From contig JAHPZH010000004.1 in assembly GCA_019058315.1 (NCBI GenBank), forward strand, positions 320,001-384,000: 64,000 nucleotides of DNA. The letters are read 5' to 3'. The translations under genes were made by a program, and so were the position numbers. The stretch comes from Candidatus Helarchaeota archaeon. Its GTDB lineage: Archaea > Asgardarchaeota > Lokiarchaeia > Helarchaeales > RDOG01. Below are positions 19,215 through 28,716 of this stretch, piece after piece; the first letter of the stretch is position 1, and each line of letters starts with the position of its first letter. The notes beneath the pieces were generated by a model. That model was not told the origin of the DNA. It ran no database searches and worked only from the letters and a program-made list of their open reading frames with translations.

Positions 19215-20372
19215 CTATTTCAAATATTCTGTATCTCGTCCTATACCCATTGAAATTATATGATCCTTTGTTGCTTTTTCATTTTTTGGGGTATCGTGCG
19301 TTATATCTAAATAAATTCCTTGATAGGTTTCTTCTACAGTCTTATCCAGGGCTGTTGGAGTGATCCAATCTCCGGATGGATAGTTAAAGTCAAATTTCTC
19401 CTTCTCATAAGTAGATTTTTTCTTGAATTCAGGTAAGTTGACTTTGAGTGTTTGCCAAGGATAAGGAATTCCCATTTTACGTCCTTCAACTATGCCCTTA
19501 TCCCATAGTTCTGGAAATTGTGAACCTAGCCAATCTACTACCTTTTGCTCTAATGGCATGAAATAAATTTTATGTTCTGTAGTAAGACCACACAAACCTA
19601 AAGTCCATTTTTCTCGACCACCCATGAGTAACATATTGAGAAAACTGGGCCATGGAACATAACTCATCCAAGTATCAGGTAAACCTATTTTTTTAGCATT
19701 GATTCCATCAAAGATTCCAGCAAAAGCTTCGTAACTCGAGGGTTCAGAAACAAAATTTAAAACTCCACTTGCCCATACCATGCAAATAATATAAGAAGCG
19801 TCTGCCCATTGTGGAGTTCGTTCATTTCGCATATCTTTCAAAACGTCCGTTAATTTTTCGCCAGCTTTTATTAACTCTTTAAAACGTTTAGGCATTTCTC
19901 TAAGTTTAAATCCAAGTTTTAAGTGTCTTCTATCTAGAGTATCATCTTCAGGTCCTATGAACCACCAATCAACAGGAATTCCATCTTCACAATGCCCATT
20001 TAGGAGGAAAAAAATCTCCTCATCTAAATCATTAGCGCAAACAAAGGTCACATCAGTCGAACCTCCGTAAACTAATTTTGTCGAACCTTGGTTTAAATCA
20101 GCTCTAATTGGTACGACAGGAGGAAATAACATGTAAGATAAAACCTTATCTGGCTGTTCAATTTCACCATCTATAACATATTTTGCGGTTCTTATTGTAT
20201 CATCCATACGAATTCGAAAAAGGTCATAGAGGAAATCTCCAGATAGTTCTGCAATAGTATCTTCAACATAATCCATACCTAATTCCTTAAAAGATCTCCA
20301 TATATGTCTCCCTAAGGGCATATATGGCTTGGTTCGTATAGTGTCTGGAATTTCGCCATAATTATGGACCAT
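19215..20372 (-). CDS. Conserved hypothetical soluble protein (paralogue B)
   Basis: 385 aa, collinear with 12345..13499. Confidence 0.85.
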   Translation of the reverse strand: MVHNYGEIPDTIRTKPYMPLGRHIWRSFKELGMDYVEDTIAELSGDFLYDLFRIRMDDTIRTAKYVIDGEIEQPDKVLSYMLFPPVVPIRADLNQGSTKLVYGGSTDVTFVCANDLDEEIFFLLNGHCEDGIPVDWWFIGPEDDTLDRRHLKLGFKLREMPKRFKELIKAGEKLTDVLKDMRNERTPQWADASYIICMVWASGVLNFVSEPSSYEAFAGIFDGINAKKIGLPDTWMSYVPWPSFLNMLLMGGREKWTLGLCGLTTEHKIYFMPLEQKVVDWLGSQFPELWDKGIVEGRKMGIPYPWQTLKVNLPEFKKKSTYEKEKFDFNYPSGDWITPTALDKTVEETYQGIYLDITHDTPKNEKATKDHIISMGIGRDTEYLK

Positions 20373-20513
20373 TTTTTTTTCTCCATTGCTATAAATTCTT
20401 ACTATCTTATAAAATTATAAATTACGAATAAAGGAAAATATAAAAGAATAATTAAATAAATTTCTATTTCCTTTCATTCTTCCAGTTTGTTAACACTAAA
20501 CTCCAAAGTAGCC

Positions 20514-21107
20514 TTACTCAAAGTCTTCTGTATCAGCTAACGCGATTTCTATTATTCTTGGTAATTTCTCCACCCTTGCTATTAAGAAAACAATTTCATT
20601 ACTTAAGCCAAACAGTCTACTGACCCCCTTTCCAAGTAAACCGGAAAATGGAACTACTCTCTTTCCTTTTTCTTCCATTCTTAATTCATTTTCAACTAAA
20701 TTCCAAAAAAGGAAATCTTTTGGTGCTATATCTGAAATCGCATAAGAAACTACTGGAGCTCCTCTTTCTTCAAAAAATTCTGAAATAACAAATAAACGAT
20801 AGTAGCAAAACTTATCGTTACTTAATTGATAGACTTTTATATGTCCCATATTTTCCGTTGTACTTGATTTATCGTATACAATTTTACAAAGGTCTTTTAA
20901 ATCAATAAACTTCTCGAGATAGATTTCAACTTCTGATTCATAATCTTCCTCTTCTTCCTCTTCCTCCACCTCCTCTTCCGAACCCTCTAAATCTTTTACC
21001 AATTCTTCTACTTCTGGTTCCTCTATCTCTACTTTTGACTTTTTTGTTTTTTCGCTATCAATGTTCTCATCTTCAGACTTTTCAATATCCTCACTATTTG
21101 GATTCAA
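20514..21107 (-). CDS. Hypothetical protein with very acidic N-terminal region
   Basis: Poly-Glu N-terminus followed by a globular alpha/beta domain. Confidence 0.7.
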   Translation of the reverse strand: MNPNSEDIEKSEDENIDSEKTKKSKVEIEEPEVEELVKDLEGSEEEVEEEEEEEDYESEVEIYLEKFIDLKDLCKIVYDKSSTTENMGHIKVYQLSNDKFCYYRLFVISEFFEERGAPVVSYAISDIAPKDFLFWNLVENELRMEEKGKRVVPFSGLLGKGVSRLFGLSNEIVFLIARVEKLPRIIEIALADTEDFE

Positions 21108-21333
21108 TAAATCATCTCCATAGCTGAGTGTTTATAGTAATTTATTTCCATCATGTTAATATTTATGTAAGTATCAATATTGGATTAATTTTTTTTGGAA
21201 AATTTGAATTTTTGGACAATCTAAATAAGTTATTTATCCAATAAATTGAAAGAAAAAATCAAAAAAGGAAAAATTAAAAATAAAGGATATTGAAATCAAA
21301 ATAAATAATAATATTATAAGGTAGTGGTAAATC

Positions 21334-22470
21334 TTGACAGAAGTTGATTATTACGAAAATGTAAGACAAAAATTATCTCTTGGAAGATTTGTTACTCCAA
21401 AACACGATAAAATAATTGAATTATTAAAGATTTTTTGGGATGAAAAAACTATAGAAATCCTTAATCATTTCCCAAATGCTGGGAAATTAATTACTGTAAA
21501 AGAATTAGTTGAAAAAACAGGAAAACCAAAGAGTGAAATTAAAACGCTTTTGAAAAAAGCGGTGAAAAAAAGAACAATAGCAAAAATTGGACGTAGTTAT
21601 GGATTAGTACCCCTCTTACCCGGTGTATTCGAAGCTTATTATGTTAACCAGCAAGATTCTGAAGAAAATCTTAAAGAAGCTGCTAAAATATACCGGTATA
21701 TCTTCGAAACTGCTTTGGTATCTCGTGCTAGAGAACAAATTAAAGATGAAGAAAGAGGATTTTTCGAATTTACTCCCTTACTTCCCCTCGAAGCCAAAGA
21801 AAGACTGATTAAAATTGATGAAACGGTGGATTTTGAATCACAAATCCTTTCTTATGAATTAGTAGAAGAAATGATTAATAGAAATGAAGCTTTTGCAGTT
21901 ATTCCATGCCAATGTCGAATAATTGGGGAATTAACTGGGGAGCCTTGTAGAGTGCCTTCTGAGATGGGATGCTTTGCTGTTGGACTTTTAGCAAAAGGGT
22001 TCGTAAGTATGGGTGTTGGTAGAGAATTAACTAAGGAAGAAGCAATTGAATTCATTAAAGAAACCGAGAAGGAAGGACTTGTCCACAACGTTACAGCTGC
22101 AACTGTTACAGATAATATAATTATTTGCAATTGTTGCAATTGTCATTGCGGGGCCCTCTTACCAATGAAAAAATTCCAAATAAAATCAGTCAGACAAAGC
22201 AATTTTGCACCTAAAAATGATCCAGAGCTTTGCGTTTTATGTGAGACATGCCTAAAAATTTGCCCTGTGGAAGCAATTTCTCATGCATCAGATGATAAAA
22301 TGATAACAAACTATGATATGTGTATAGGTTGCGGTTTATGCGCTTCAAATTGTCCAGAAAACGCGATCAAGATGGAAAAAGTTCGTTCTAAAATTCGTAA
22401 ACCAAGTGATCAACAAACTGAAGAAGTTAAGTTTGCAGAACTTTTTAGTGGTCTTCTAACCGGAAATTAA
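21334..22470 (+). CDS. Fe-S protein with N-terminal HTH and C-terminal 2x[4Fe-4S] ferredoxin domain
   Basis: PCQCR, GLVH, ICNCCNCHC, CVLCETCLKICP, CIGCGLCASNCP. Confidence 0.85.
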   Translation: MTEVDYYENVRQKLSLGRFVTPKHDKIIELLKIFWDEKTIEILNHFPNAGKLITVKELVEKTGKPKSEIKTLLKKAVKKRTIAKIGRSYGLVPLLPGVFEAYYVNQQDSEENLKEAAKIYRYIFETALVSRAREQIKDEERGFFEFTPLLPLEAKERLIKIDETVDFESQILSYELVEEMINRNEAFAVIPCQCRIIGELTGEPCRVPSEMGCFAVGLLAKGFVSMGVGRELTKEEAIEFIKETEKEGLVHNVTAATVTDNIIICNCCNCHCGALLPMKKFQIKSVRQSNFAPKNDPELCVLCETCLKICPVEAISHASDDKMITNYDMCIGCGLCASNCPENAIKMEKVRSKIRKPSDQQTEEVKFAELFSGLLTGN

Positions 22471-22517
22471 TATTAATTTTTTTAAAAAAATGAAAAAATT
22501 AAGGTAACACTTTTATT

Positions 22518-22787
22518 TTATCCAAAAGTATATTTTTTTCTGATTTTTTTCTTTACATCCCACGTGCACTTTAGTCCCTTTGGGAATGTGACTAAATCAC
22601 CTTTATTGATCTCCATTTCTCCAGTAGGGGTTTTTACTATTACTTTGCCTTCTAGAACAAAGGCTGTTTCCTGAGTATCGTATTCCCAATCAAATATACT
22701 TGGGTCACATTCCCAAGGACTCCAATTCTCGATTTTTAATGATTCTAATTTTTCTTTTGATGGTTTTTCTTTCTTAATTTCTGACAT
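22518..22787 (-). CDS. Cupin (DUF861 / Cupin_3 type)
   Basis: WSPWECDPSIFDWEY..ETAFVLEGKV...GDLVTFPKG..CTW. Confidence 0.9.
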   Translation of the reverse strand: MSEIKKEKPSKEKLESLKIENWSPWECDPSIFDWEYDTQETAFVLEGKVIVKTPTGEMEINKGDLVTFPKGLKCTWDVKKKIRKKYTFG

Positions 22788-22999
22788 AAATATCTGACCT
22801 CAATTTTAATCTATCATTTTAGCTTTATCTTATTTTAATTGAGCGAATAAATAATGGAATATCCCTTAAAAGGGTGACATCTAAGATAATTCTCTTTCTG
22901 AATTTATCTAAATTGGAATGATAAGATAGATAATAATATTGTGGTAAGGTAATGGTGAATCTTACCTGAAGTTGATTATTAGCAAAAAAAGATTTTAAA

Positions 23000-25816
23000 T
23001 TAGATTTTTTTTGTCTTTTCTTTTTTTATTTGAGAAACCTGCTTTTTTTCGATTTTTGCTGAAAGTTCCTTAATTGTTCTATTTTTATTGACGTTGGATC
23101 TTACTGCAATAATTGCTATGGCTGATATTGCCACAATGCCTGCTATTAATCCCAAACCTACTGGAGACAACAAGAAATCCATTATATTCGTGGTGCTTAT
23201 TGGAGGAATAAACGGAACGTTGTCATCTCCCGATCCTGGTCCTGGGTCATTAGGATCGGTGCCTGATAGAATCTCATCATAATCATTAACTCCATCTCCA
23301 TCTGTATCTTGTAAAAACGGATGTGTAAAATACACAAAAAGTTCATCGTAATCATTCAAACCCTCACCGTCAGTATCGCTATTTGTTGCATTAGTTAGGT
23401 AGAGAAAAAGTTCATCGTAATCATTTAATCCTTCGCCGTCCGTATCGTTATTTGTCGCATTTGTTTGATAAACCATTATTTCATCGTAATCATTCAAACT
23501 ATCAGCATCAGTATCGTTATTCGTCGCGTTTGTATGATACACCAGAATTTCATCGCCGTCAATCAACCCATCGCCTTCCGTGTCGTTATTTGTTGCATTA
23601 GTAATATAGACAAAAAGTTCATCATAATCATTTAAGTTATCGTCATCCGTATCGGAATCGGTTGGATCAGTAGGATAGATAAAAAGTTCAGCGGAATCAT
23701 TTAAGTTATCGCCATCCGTGTCGTTAGTTGCTGGATTAGTAAAATAGATAAAAACTTCATCGCCATCATATAAAGTATCATCATCCGTGTCATTATCATG
23801 TGGATCTGAATCATATTCCCATATTTCTTGTATGAATGTTAGACCATCCGAATCAAAATCATCCGAATTTCCCTCTCTAATTTTGATGCATCGCAAGCCT
23901 TGATCATAATCTCCAACGTATGCCACGTTTCCTGCGACAACTATGCCGAGTGCCTCTCCCGTGGTGTTATAAAAGTCGATTTCAGAGGGACTGGTAGGAT
24001 CGGATATGTTCACACACCGTAAACCCTGAAAATCATTCGTAACGTACGCTAGGTCTCCCGAGACAGCCACTTTAAATGCATTTCCCGGGGTGATGTAATA
24101 GCCTATCTCGGAGGGGGTGGTAGGGTCGCTTATGTCGACACACCGCAAACCTTGGGCAGCAGAGGCAACGTATGCTACGTCTCCCGAGATTGCCACTCCT
24201 ATTGCCATTCCTGGGGTGGGGTAATAACCTATCTCGGAGGGGTTTGTAGGGTCACTTATATTCACGCACCGTAAGCCTGAAGTAAAACCAGCAATGTATG
24301 CTACATCTCCCGAGATTGCCACATCACGTGCTTGTCCTGGAGTGTTATTATATCCTATTTCGGAGGGATTGGTCGGGTCACTTATATCAATGCACCGCAA
24401 ACCTTGCGTATTATCAGCAACGTATGCCACGTCTCCCGAGACCGCCACTCCAAATGCATATCCAGTGGTGTTGAACCAGCCTATTGAAGAGGGATTGGAG
24501 GGGTCGCTTATGTTCACGCACCGCAAACCTTGGGTATTATCAGCAACGTACGCCACGTCTCCCGCGATTGCTACATCACGTGCATATCCAGTGGTGTTGT
24601 AGGAGCCCATTAAAGAAGGGTTGGTAGGGTAACTTATATTCAGGCATCGTAAGCCTTCCCAACCATATGCAACGTAAGCCACATCTCCCGAGACTGCCAA
24701 TTCATTTGCTTCACCAGAGGTATTATAGTAACCTATTTCAGAGGGACTGGTAAAGTCGCTTATATCGATGCATCGCAAGCCTGCACCAGAAGCAGCAACG
24801 TATGCCACGTCTCCTGAGACAACCACTTTTGAAGCCCAATTCGGGATGTTACAAGAGCCTATTAAGGAAATACTGGTTGGATCGCTTATATCAAAGCAGT
24901 GCAAACCATCAGAACCATCTGCAACGTACGCCACGTTCCCCGAAATCGCCACTCCACCCGCCCCTCCTGGTGTGTCGTAAGAGTCTAATGAAGAGGGGCT
25001 AGTAGGGTCGCTTATATTGATGCAGCGAAAGCCGCCTGAATACCAATCGGCAATGTACGCCACATCTCCTGAGACTACTACATCGTATGAATTTCCTGGA
25101 GTGATTAAAAAACCTATTTCAGAGGGACCAGTAGGGTCGCTTATATCGATGCAGCGTAAGTTTGAACTGAAATCGGCGACGTATGCCACGTCTCCCGAGA
25201 CTTCTACGGCCCTCGCATTTGTCGTGTCATTAACTCCTATTGGAACGGGGTTGGTGGGGTCGCTAATATTAACGCACCGCAATCCTTGAGAACCGTCGGC
25301 AACGTATGCCACATCTCCCGAGATTGCCACATCCATTGCATTTCCTGGTGAATTATATCTTCCTATATAAGAGGGGTTGGTAGGGTCGCTTATGTCTACG
25401 CAATGCAAGCCTGATGCCGCATCAGCAACATATGCCACGTCTCCAGAGACTGCCACTCCTTGTGCTCCAAAAGTATTATCCAGTGTGTCGTACCAGCCTA
25501 TTGGATAGGGGTTGGTAGGATCACTTATGTTTACACACCGTAAACCTTGAATACCATCTGCAACGTATGCCACGTCTCCAGAGATTGCTATATCATTTGC
25601 AGATCCTGGCGTGTCATAATACCCGAGCTCCGCCTCTGCGGGTTGGAGCTCTAAAGGAATAGATGGAATGATTGTTTCTTGGTTAGAAGTATTACTAAAC
25701 CAACTCGGTGTTATCAAATCTGAATTAATAATAGAAGAAGTCGTTAACATGAAAAATATCGAAAATAAAGTTAATATTGTTAAGATCTGAAATTTCTTTC
25801 CTTTATTAAGGTTCAT
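23000..25816 (-). CDS. Cell-surface protein: 14 LVIVD repeats + Asp-rich TSP3-like Ca-binding repeats + C-terminal TM anchor
   Basis: Signal peptide; repeats GxYxTxGxAxxVAxSGDVAYVAxxxxGLRCxxISDPTxP; DTDxDxLxDxDE repeats; TM near the C-terminus. Confidence 0.9.
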   Translation of the reverse strand: MNLNKGKKFQILTILTLFSIFFMLTTSSIINSDLITPSWFSNTSNQETIIPSIPLELQPAEAELGYYDTPGSANDIAISGDVAYVADGIQGLRCVNISDPTNPYPIGWYDTLDNTFGAQGVAVSGDVAYVADAASGLHCVDISDPTNPSYIGRYNSPGNAMDVAISGDVAYVADGSQGLRCVNISDPTNPVPIGVNDTTNARAVEVSGDVAYVADFSSNLRCIDISDPTGPSEIGFLITPGNSYDVVVSGDVAYIADWYSGGFRCINISDPTSPSSLDSYDTPGGAGGVAISGNVAYVADGSDGLHCFDISDPTSISLIGSCNIPNWASKVVVSGDVAYVAASGAGLRCIDISDFTSPSEIGYYNTSGEANELAVSGDVAYVAYGWEGLRCLNISYPTNPSLMGSYNTTGYARDVAIAGDVAYVADNTQGLRCVNISDPSNPSSIGWFNTTGYAFGVAVSGDVAYVADNTQGLRCIDISDPTNPSEIGYNNTPGQARDVAISGDVAYIAGFTSGLRCVNISDPTNPSEIGYYPTPGMAIGVAISGDVAYVASAAQGLRCVDISDPTTPSEIGYYITPGNAFKVAVSGDLAYVTNDFQGLRCVNISDPTSPSEIDFYNTTGEALGIVVAGNVAYVGDYDQGLRCIKIREGNSDDFDSDGLTFIQEIWEYDSDPHDNDTDDDTLYDGDEVFIYFTNPATNDTDGDNLNDSAELFIYPTDPTDSDTDDDNLNDYDELFVYITNATNNDTEGDGLIDGDEILVYHTNATNNDTDADSLNDYDEIMVYQTNATNNDTDGEGLNDYDELFLYLTNATNSDTDGEGLNDYDELFVYFTHPFLQDTDGDGVNDYDEILSGTDPNDPGPGSGDDNVPFIPPISTTNIMDFLLSPVGLGLIAGIVAISAIAIIAVRSNVNKNRTIKELSAKIEKKQVSQIKKEKTKKI
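23240..23865 (-). repeat. About nine 23-aa (69-bp) Asp-rich coding repeats
   Basis: DTDxDxLNDYDELFxYxTNATNN units. Confidence 0.85.
23870..25630 (-). repeat. Fourteen ~126-bp coding repeats (LVIVD blades)
   Basis: Recurrent gtatgccacgtctcccgaga / gggtcgcttat motifs at ~126-bp spacing. Confidence 0.9.
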
Positions 25817-25970
25817 AAATTATCTCTCCTTAAAACACAATTAAAAAATTCATGATTTATATAATTATTTATAAAATTTATTTTGAAATTTAATTTTAAT
25901 TATTTTTTACTTAAAATAAAAGATAAATAATATTGATGGTGAATTTAAAAAAATTATTTATGAGTTTATT

Positions 25971-27560
25971 CTAACTTTGTCTAATATTAATTGATCGAAT
26001 AAAAGAGGGAATATCTCTTAAAAGTGCAACATCTGACATTATTCTTTTTCTGAATTTATCTAAATTAGAATTTCCCCATCTGTATTTAAATAAATAAATT
26101 CCTCCAAAAACAAATCTAGTAAGCAATTCTAACGATTTACTTTTCAACCATTCTTTTTTCATGATATGGAAGTTATATTCCCAGCATCTAGTAAAGAATT
26201 CCATCTGTATATCACTCATCTCATCAAAATTAGGTCTTCTTTCTTTCCTTAACATACATTCATGGAGATTAGCGAAGAGTAGAGGGACAAGAAAAACTTT
26301 ATAATTAAACATTTCATCAACAAGCTCAATGGACTTAATACAGTCTTCATCAGTTTCACCAGGCAGTCCAGTTATTAAAGTTGCCACAAGATTCCAATTA
26401 TTATCATTTAAAATACCGATCCCTTGTGTGACTACTTCCGGCCATTCTTTTGGGGTAAAAGGCAGCGGTTTACCACGCATATATTTTTCTATAAGTCGTG
26501 GACTGGCAGTTTCAATTCCTGTTTCTGCAGCTATAATTCCTTTTCCGCCATAGTGGAATCGGCAATAATCTTGCATTATATGTGAAATTTCAGATACCAT
26601 TTCTGGATCTGCCACTGCAGGGGCTAGACTTATATGTGCTGGTTGAACCCCTTTAACTCCTGGAACAGATGTAATCTCTTTAATTAGTTTATGGACTGCG
26701 AGTCCATTAGGAATAAATTTACCATCCATTTTACATCCATATAAAAATAAATCTTCAGTTGCCAAAGTAATTAAACCAGTTCCATTTCGAACATTGATCT
26801 CGACTTCTTTTTTAACCCTATCAATTGGCAAATCCCGTTTTTTCCGCATTGTTGGGGTGCAAAACTGGCAATTTCTTCCGCAACCTCTCGAAATCTCAAC
26901 TGAGCCATGAATTGCACTATTTCTGATCATAGGGATTTCTTCAATTTTTGGGGATTTTCGAACTTGGACTATTGGAGGAAGTTGTTCTCCTTTAACAGCC
27001 TTTTCAAACAATTTTGGAGCAATTACATCCCCTTCACCAATAACTACACAATCTATTCCAAGCTTTTTCATCGCTTTCTTTCCAACTTGCCACGCACCTG
27101 GTCCTCCTAAAATAACCTTAGGTTTATACTTCTTAAAACATTTATTTTTAAAAATTTTTAGAAAATAATATTGTGTTGATGACATTGATCCAAAAGCTAA
27201 AGAAGAATAAGTAAAACTTACATATGCTAAACCAAGAGGGTCCATGGAAGATATTCCAATAACTCGGGTTTCAAGTCCGACAAATTTCTTTAAATGTGCT
27301 GGAGTAGTCACGACTATATCATTTGGGTCGAAACCATATTTGATTAATGCAGCTTCTATTTTTCTCAAACCATAAGGTGCCAATTTTGCTGTATAATCTT
27401 CATGTACTGCAGTAGTAGGATAGAAGAAACTTTTCCAAGACCAAATTGGAATTCTATGTGAGAAGCTAGCCGAAAATGCAACAAAAGGATTATCATTAAA
27501 ATCACTCATTTCAACTTCAGAACTGGTTAAAACAATCTTTTTTCCCCTAATCTTTGCCAT
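25971..27560 (-). CDS. Radical SAM enzyme, GDGT ring synthase (Grs/Gms)-like, paralogue of 17657..19183
   Basis: APYGLRKIEAALI, GGPGAWQ, EISRGCGRNCQFC, GIETASPRL, LITGLPGETDED. Confidence 0.82.
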   Translation of the reverse strand: MAKIRGKKIVLTSSEVEMSDFNDNPFVAFSASFSHRIPIWSWKSFFYPTTAVHEDYTAKLAPYGLRKIEAALIKYGFDPNDIVVTTPAHLKKFVGLETRVIGISSMDPLGLAYVSFTYSSLAFGSMSSTQYYFLKIFKNKCFKKYKPKVILGGPGAWQVGKKAMKKLGIDCVVIGEGDVIAPKLFEKAVKGEQLPPIVQVRKSPKIEEIPMIRNSAIHGSVEISRGCGRNCQFCTPTMRKKRDLPIDRVKKEVEINVRNGTGLITLATEDLFLYGCKMDGKFIPNGLAVHKLIKEITSVPGVKGVQPAHISLAPAVADPEMVSEISHIMQDYCRFHYGGKGIIAAETGIETASPRLIEKYMRGKPLPFTPKEWPEVVTQGIGILNDNNWNLVATLITGLPGETDEDCIKSIELVDEMFNYKVFLVPLLFANLHECMLRKERRPNFDEMSDIQMEFFTRCWEYNFHIMKKEWLKSKSLELLTRFVFGGIYLFKYRWGNSNLDKFRKRIMSDVALLRDIPSFIRSINIRQS

Positions 27561-27735
27561 TTCTATTACATCTCATATATTATTTTAGAATTAATTACTA
27601 AGTGGTAATAAAAAATATGGCTTTTTGTTTTAAAAAAGATAGGTCTTATCGATGTCTTTTTATCTTTTCAATTAGTTTCTTATTAAGAATATCAACAATT
27701 TATATTCCTAAAAATGAAGAATTTTTGATTTTAAA

Positions 27736-28503
27736 ATGAAATTGAATCCTACGTTTAAACGAGCAATCACCAAGACATTTTCTCGGTATATTGAAATTAA
27801 TATGCTCACAATTTTAAAATTTTTTGAAAAAATTACCAGAATTAATTTCCTTCCTTATGTAACTCGTGCCCTAAAACACAGTTTTGGGGGTAAAGTAGTT
27901 CCGATTAACACTGCAATCCATCCTTCAGTGCAGGTAGCTAGAAATCAAGATATTATAGAAATTGCTAAAAGTTCTAATGTATATGGAATTGGGAAATGTT
28001 ACTGCAGATCCTTTCCTTTTTATCATAATAAAAAGTGTAATGCGCCAAAAGAAACATGTATCTATATAGGAGATCCGGAATTCTTGGATGAAATTGAGAA
28101 AAAAGGATATATTTCAAAAGTTCCATATAAAAAAATCGAAGAAACAATCCGAATGGCGGATAAGATGGGGCTTGTTCATCAACTTATCTATTTTCCTCAT
28201 CCTAATTTATATTATGTTATCTGCAATTGTTGTTCTTGTTGCTGTGCAGTTATAAGCACATATAAGAAATTTAAAAATACCGTACCTTATCTTGTAATTC
28301 CCTCTGATTTTATAGCGCGAGTCGATAAGAGTTTATGTACTAATTGTGGTGTTTGCGTCGAAAGGTGCCACTTTGGAGCCAGAATAAAGGGTAAAAATAA
28401 TAAAATCATATTTATTGAAGAAAACTGTAAAGGTTGTGGGCTTTGCGCTACAAAATGTCCTAAGGAAGCCATAAAGTTAGTTCCCAGAACAAAGAAAAAT
28501 TAA
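27736..28503 (+). CDS. Fe-S protein with 2x[4Fe-4S] ferredoxin domain
   Basis: CYCR, GLVH, ICNCCSCCC, CTNCGVCVERC, CKGCGLCATKCP. Confidence 0.85.
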   Translation: MKLNPTFKRAITKTFSRYIEINMLTILKFFEKITRINFLPYVTRALKHSFGGKVVPINTAIHPSVQVARNQDIIEIAKSSNVYGIGKCYCRSFPFYHNKKCNAPKETCIYIGDPEFLDEIEKKGYISKVPYKKIEETIRMADKMGLVHQLIYFPHPNLYYVICNCCSCCCAVISTYKKFKNTVPYLVIPSDFIARVDKSLCTNCGVCVERCHFGARIKGKNNKIIFIEENCKGCGLCATKCPKEAIKLVPRTKKN

Positions 28504-28716
28504 AAAATAAAAATTTTTAATTTAAGCCACTTATTTCATCTTGGGAAATCGATTTTAAATCAATTATATTCTTTTCTCCTTTTAAGCATTAAATTCAAAT
28601 TATCATTTTGTTAATTTAGTTTAAAAATAACCAAATATTGTGAATTATAGTAAAATTTCATTAATACACTATAAAATTAAGAGAATTAATTAAATAAAAT
28701 AAAAAATGGTGATAAA

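Noticed and set aside
22943-22966. Small hairpin GGTAAG...CTTACC downstream of the LVIVD gene, sharing GGTGAATCTT with the 41-kb hairpin
   Set aside because: Match too short to distinguish from chance
23240-25630. Regularly spaced DNA repeats as a CRISPR array
   Set aside because: Repeats are degenerate, in frame and inside a 938-aa ORF; no cas genes
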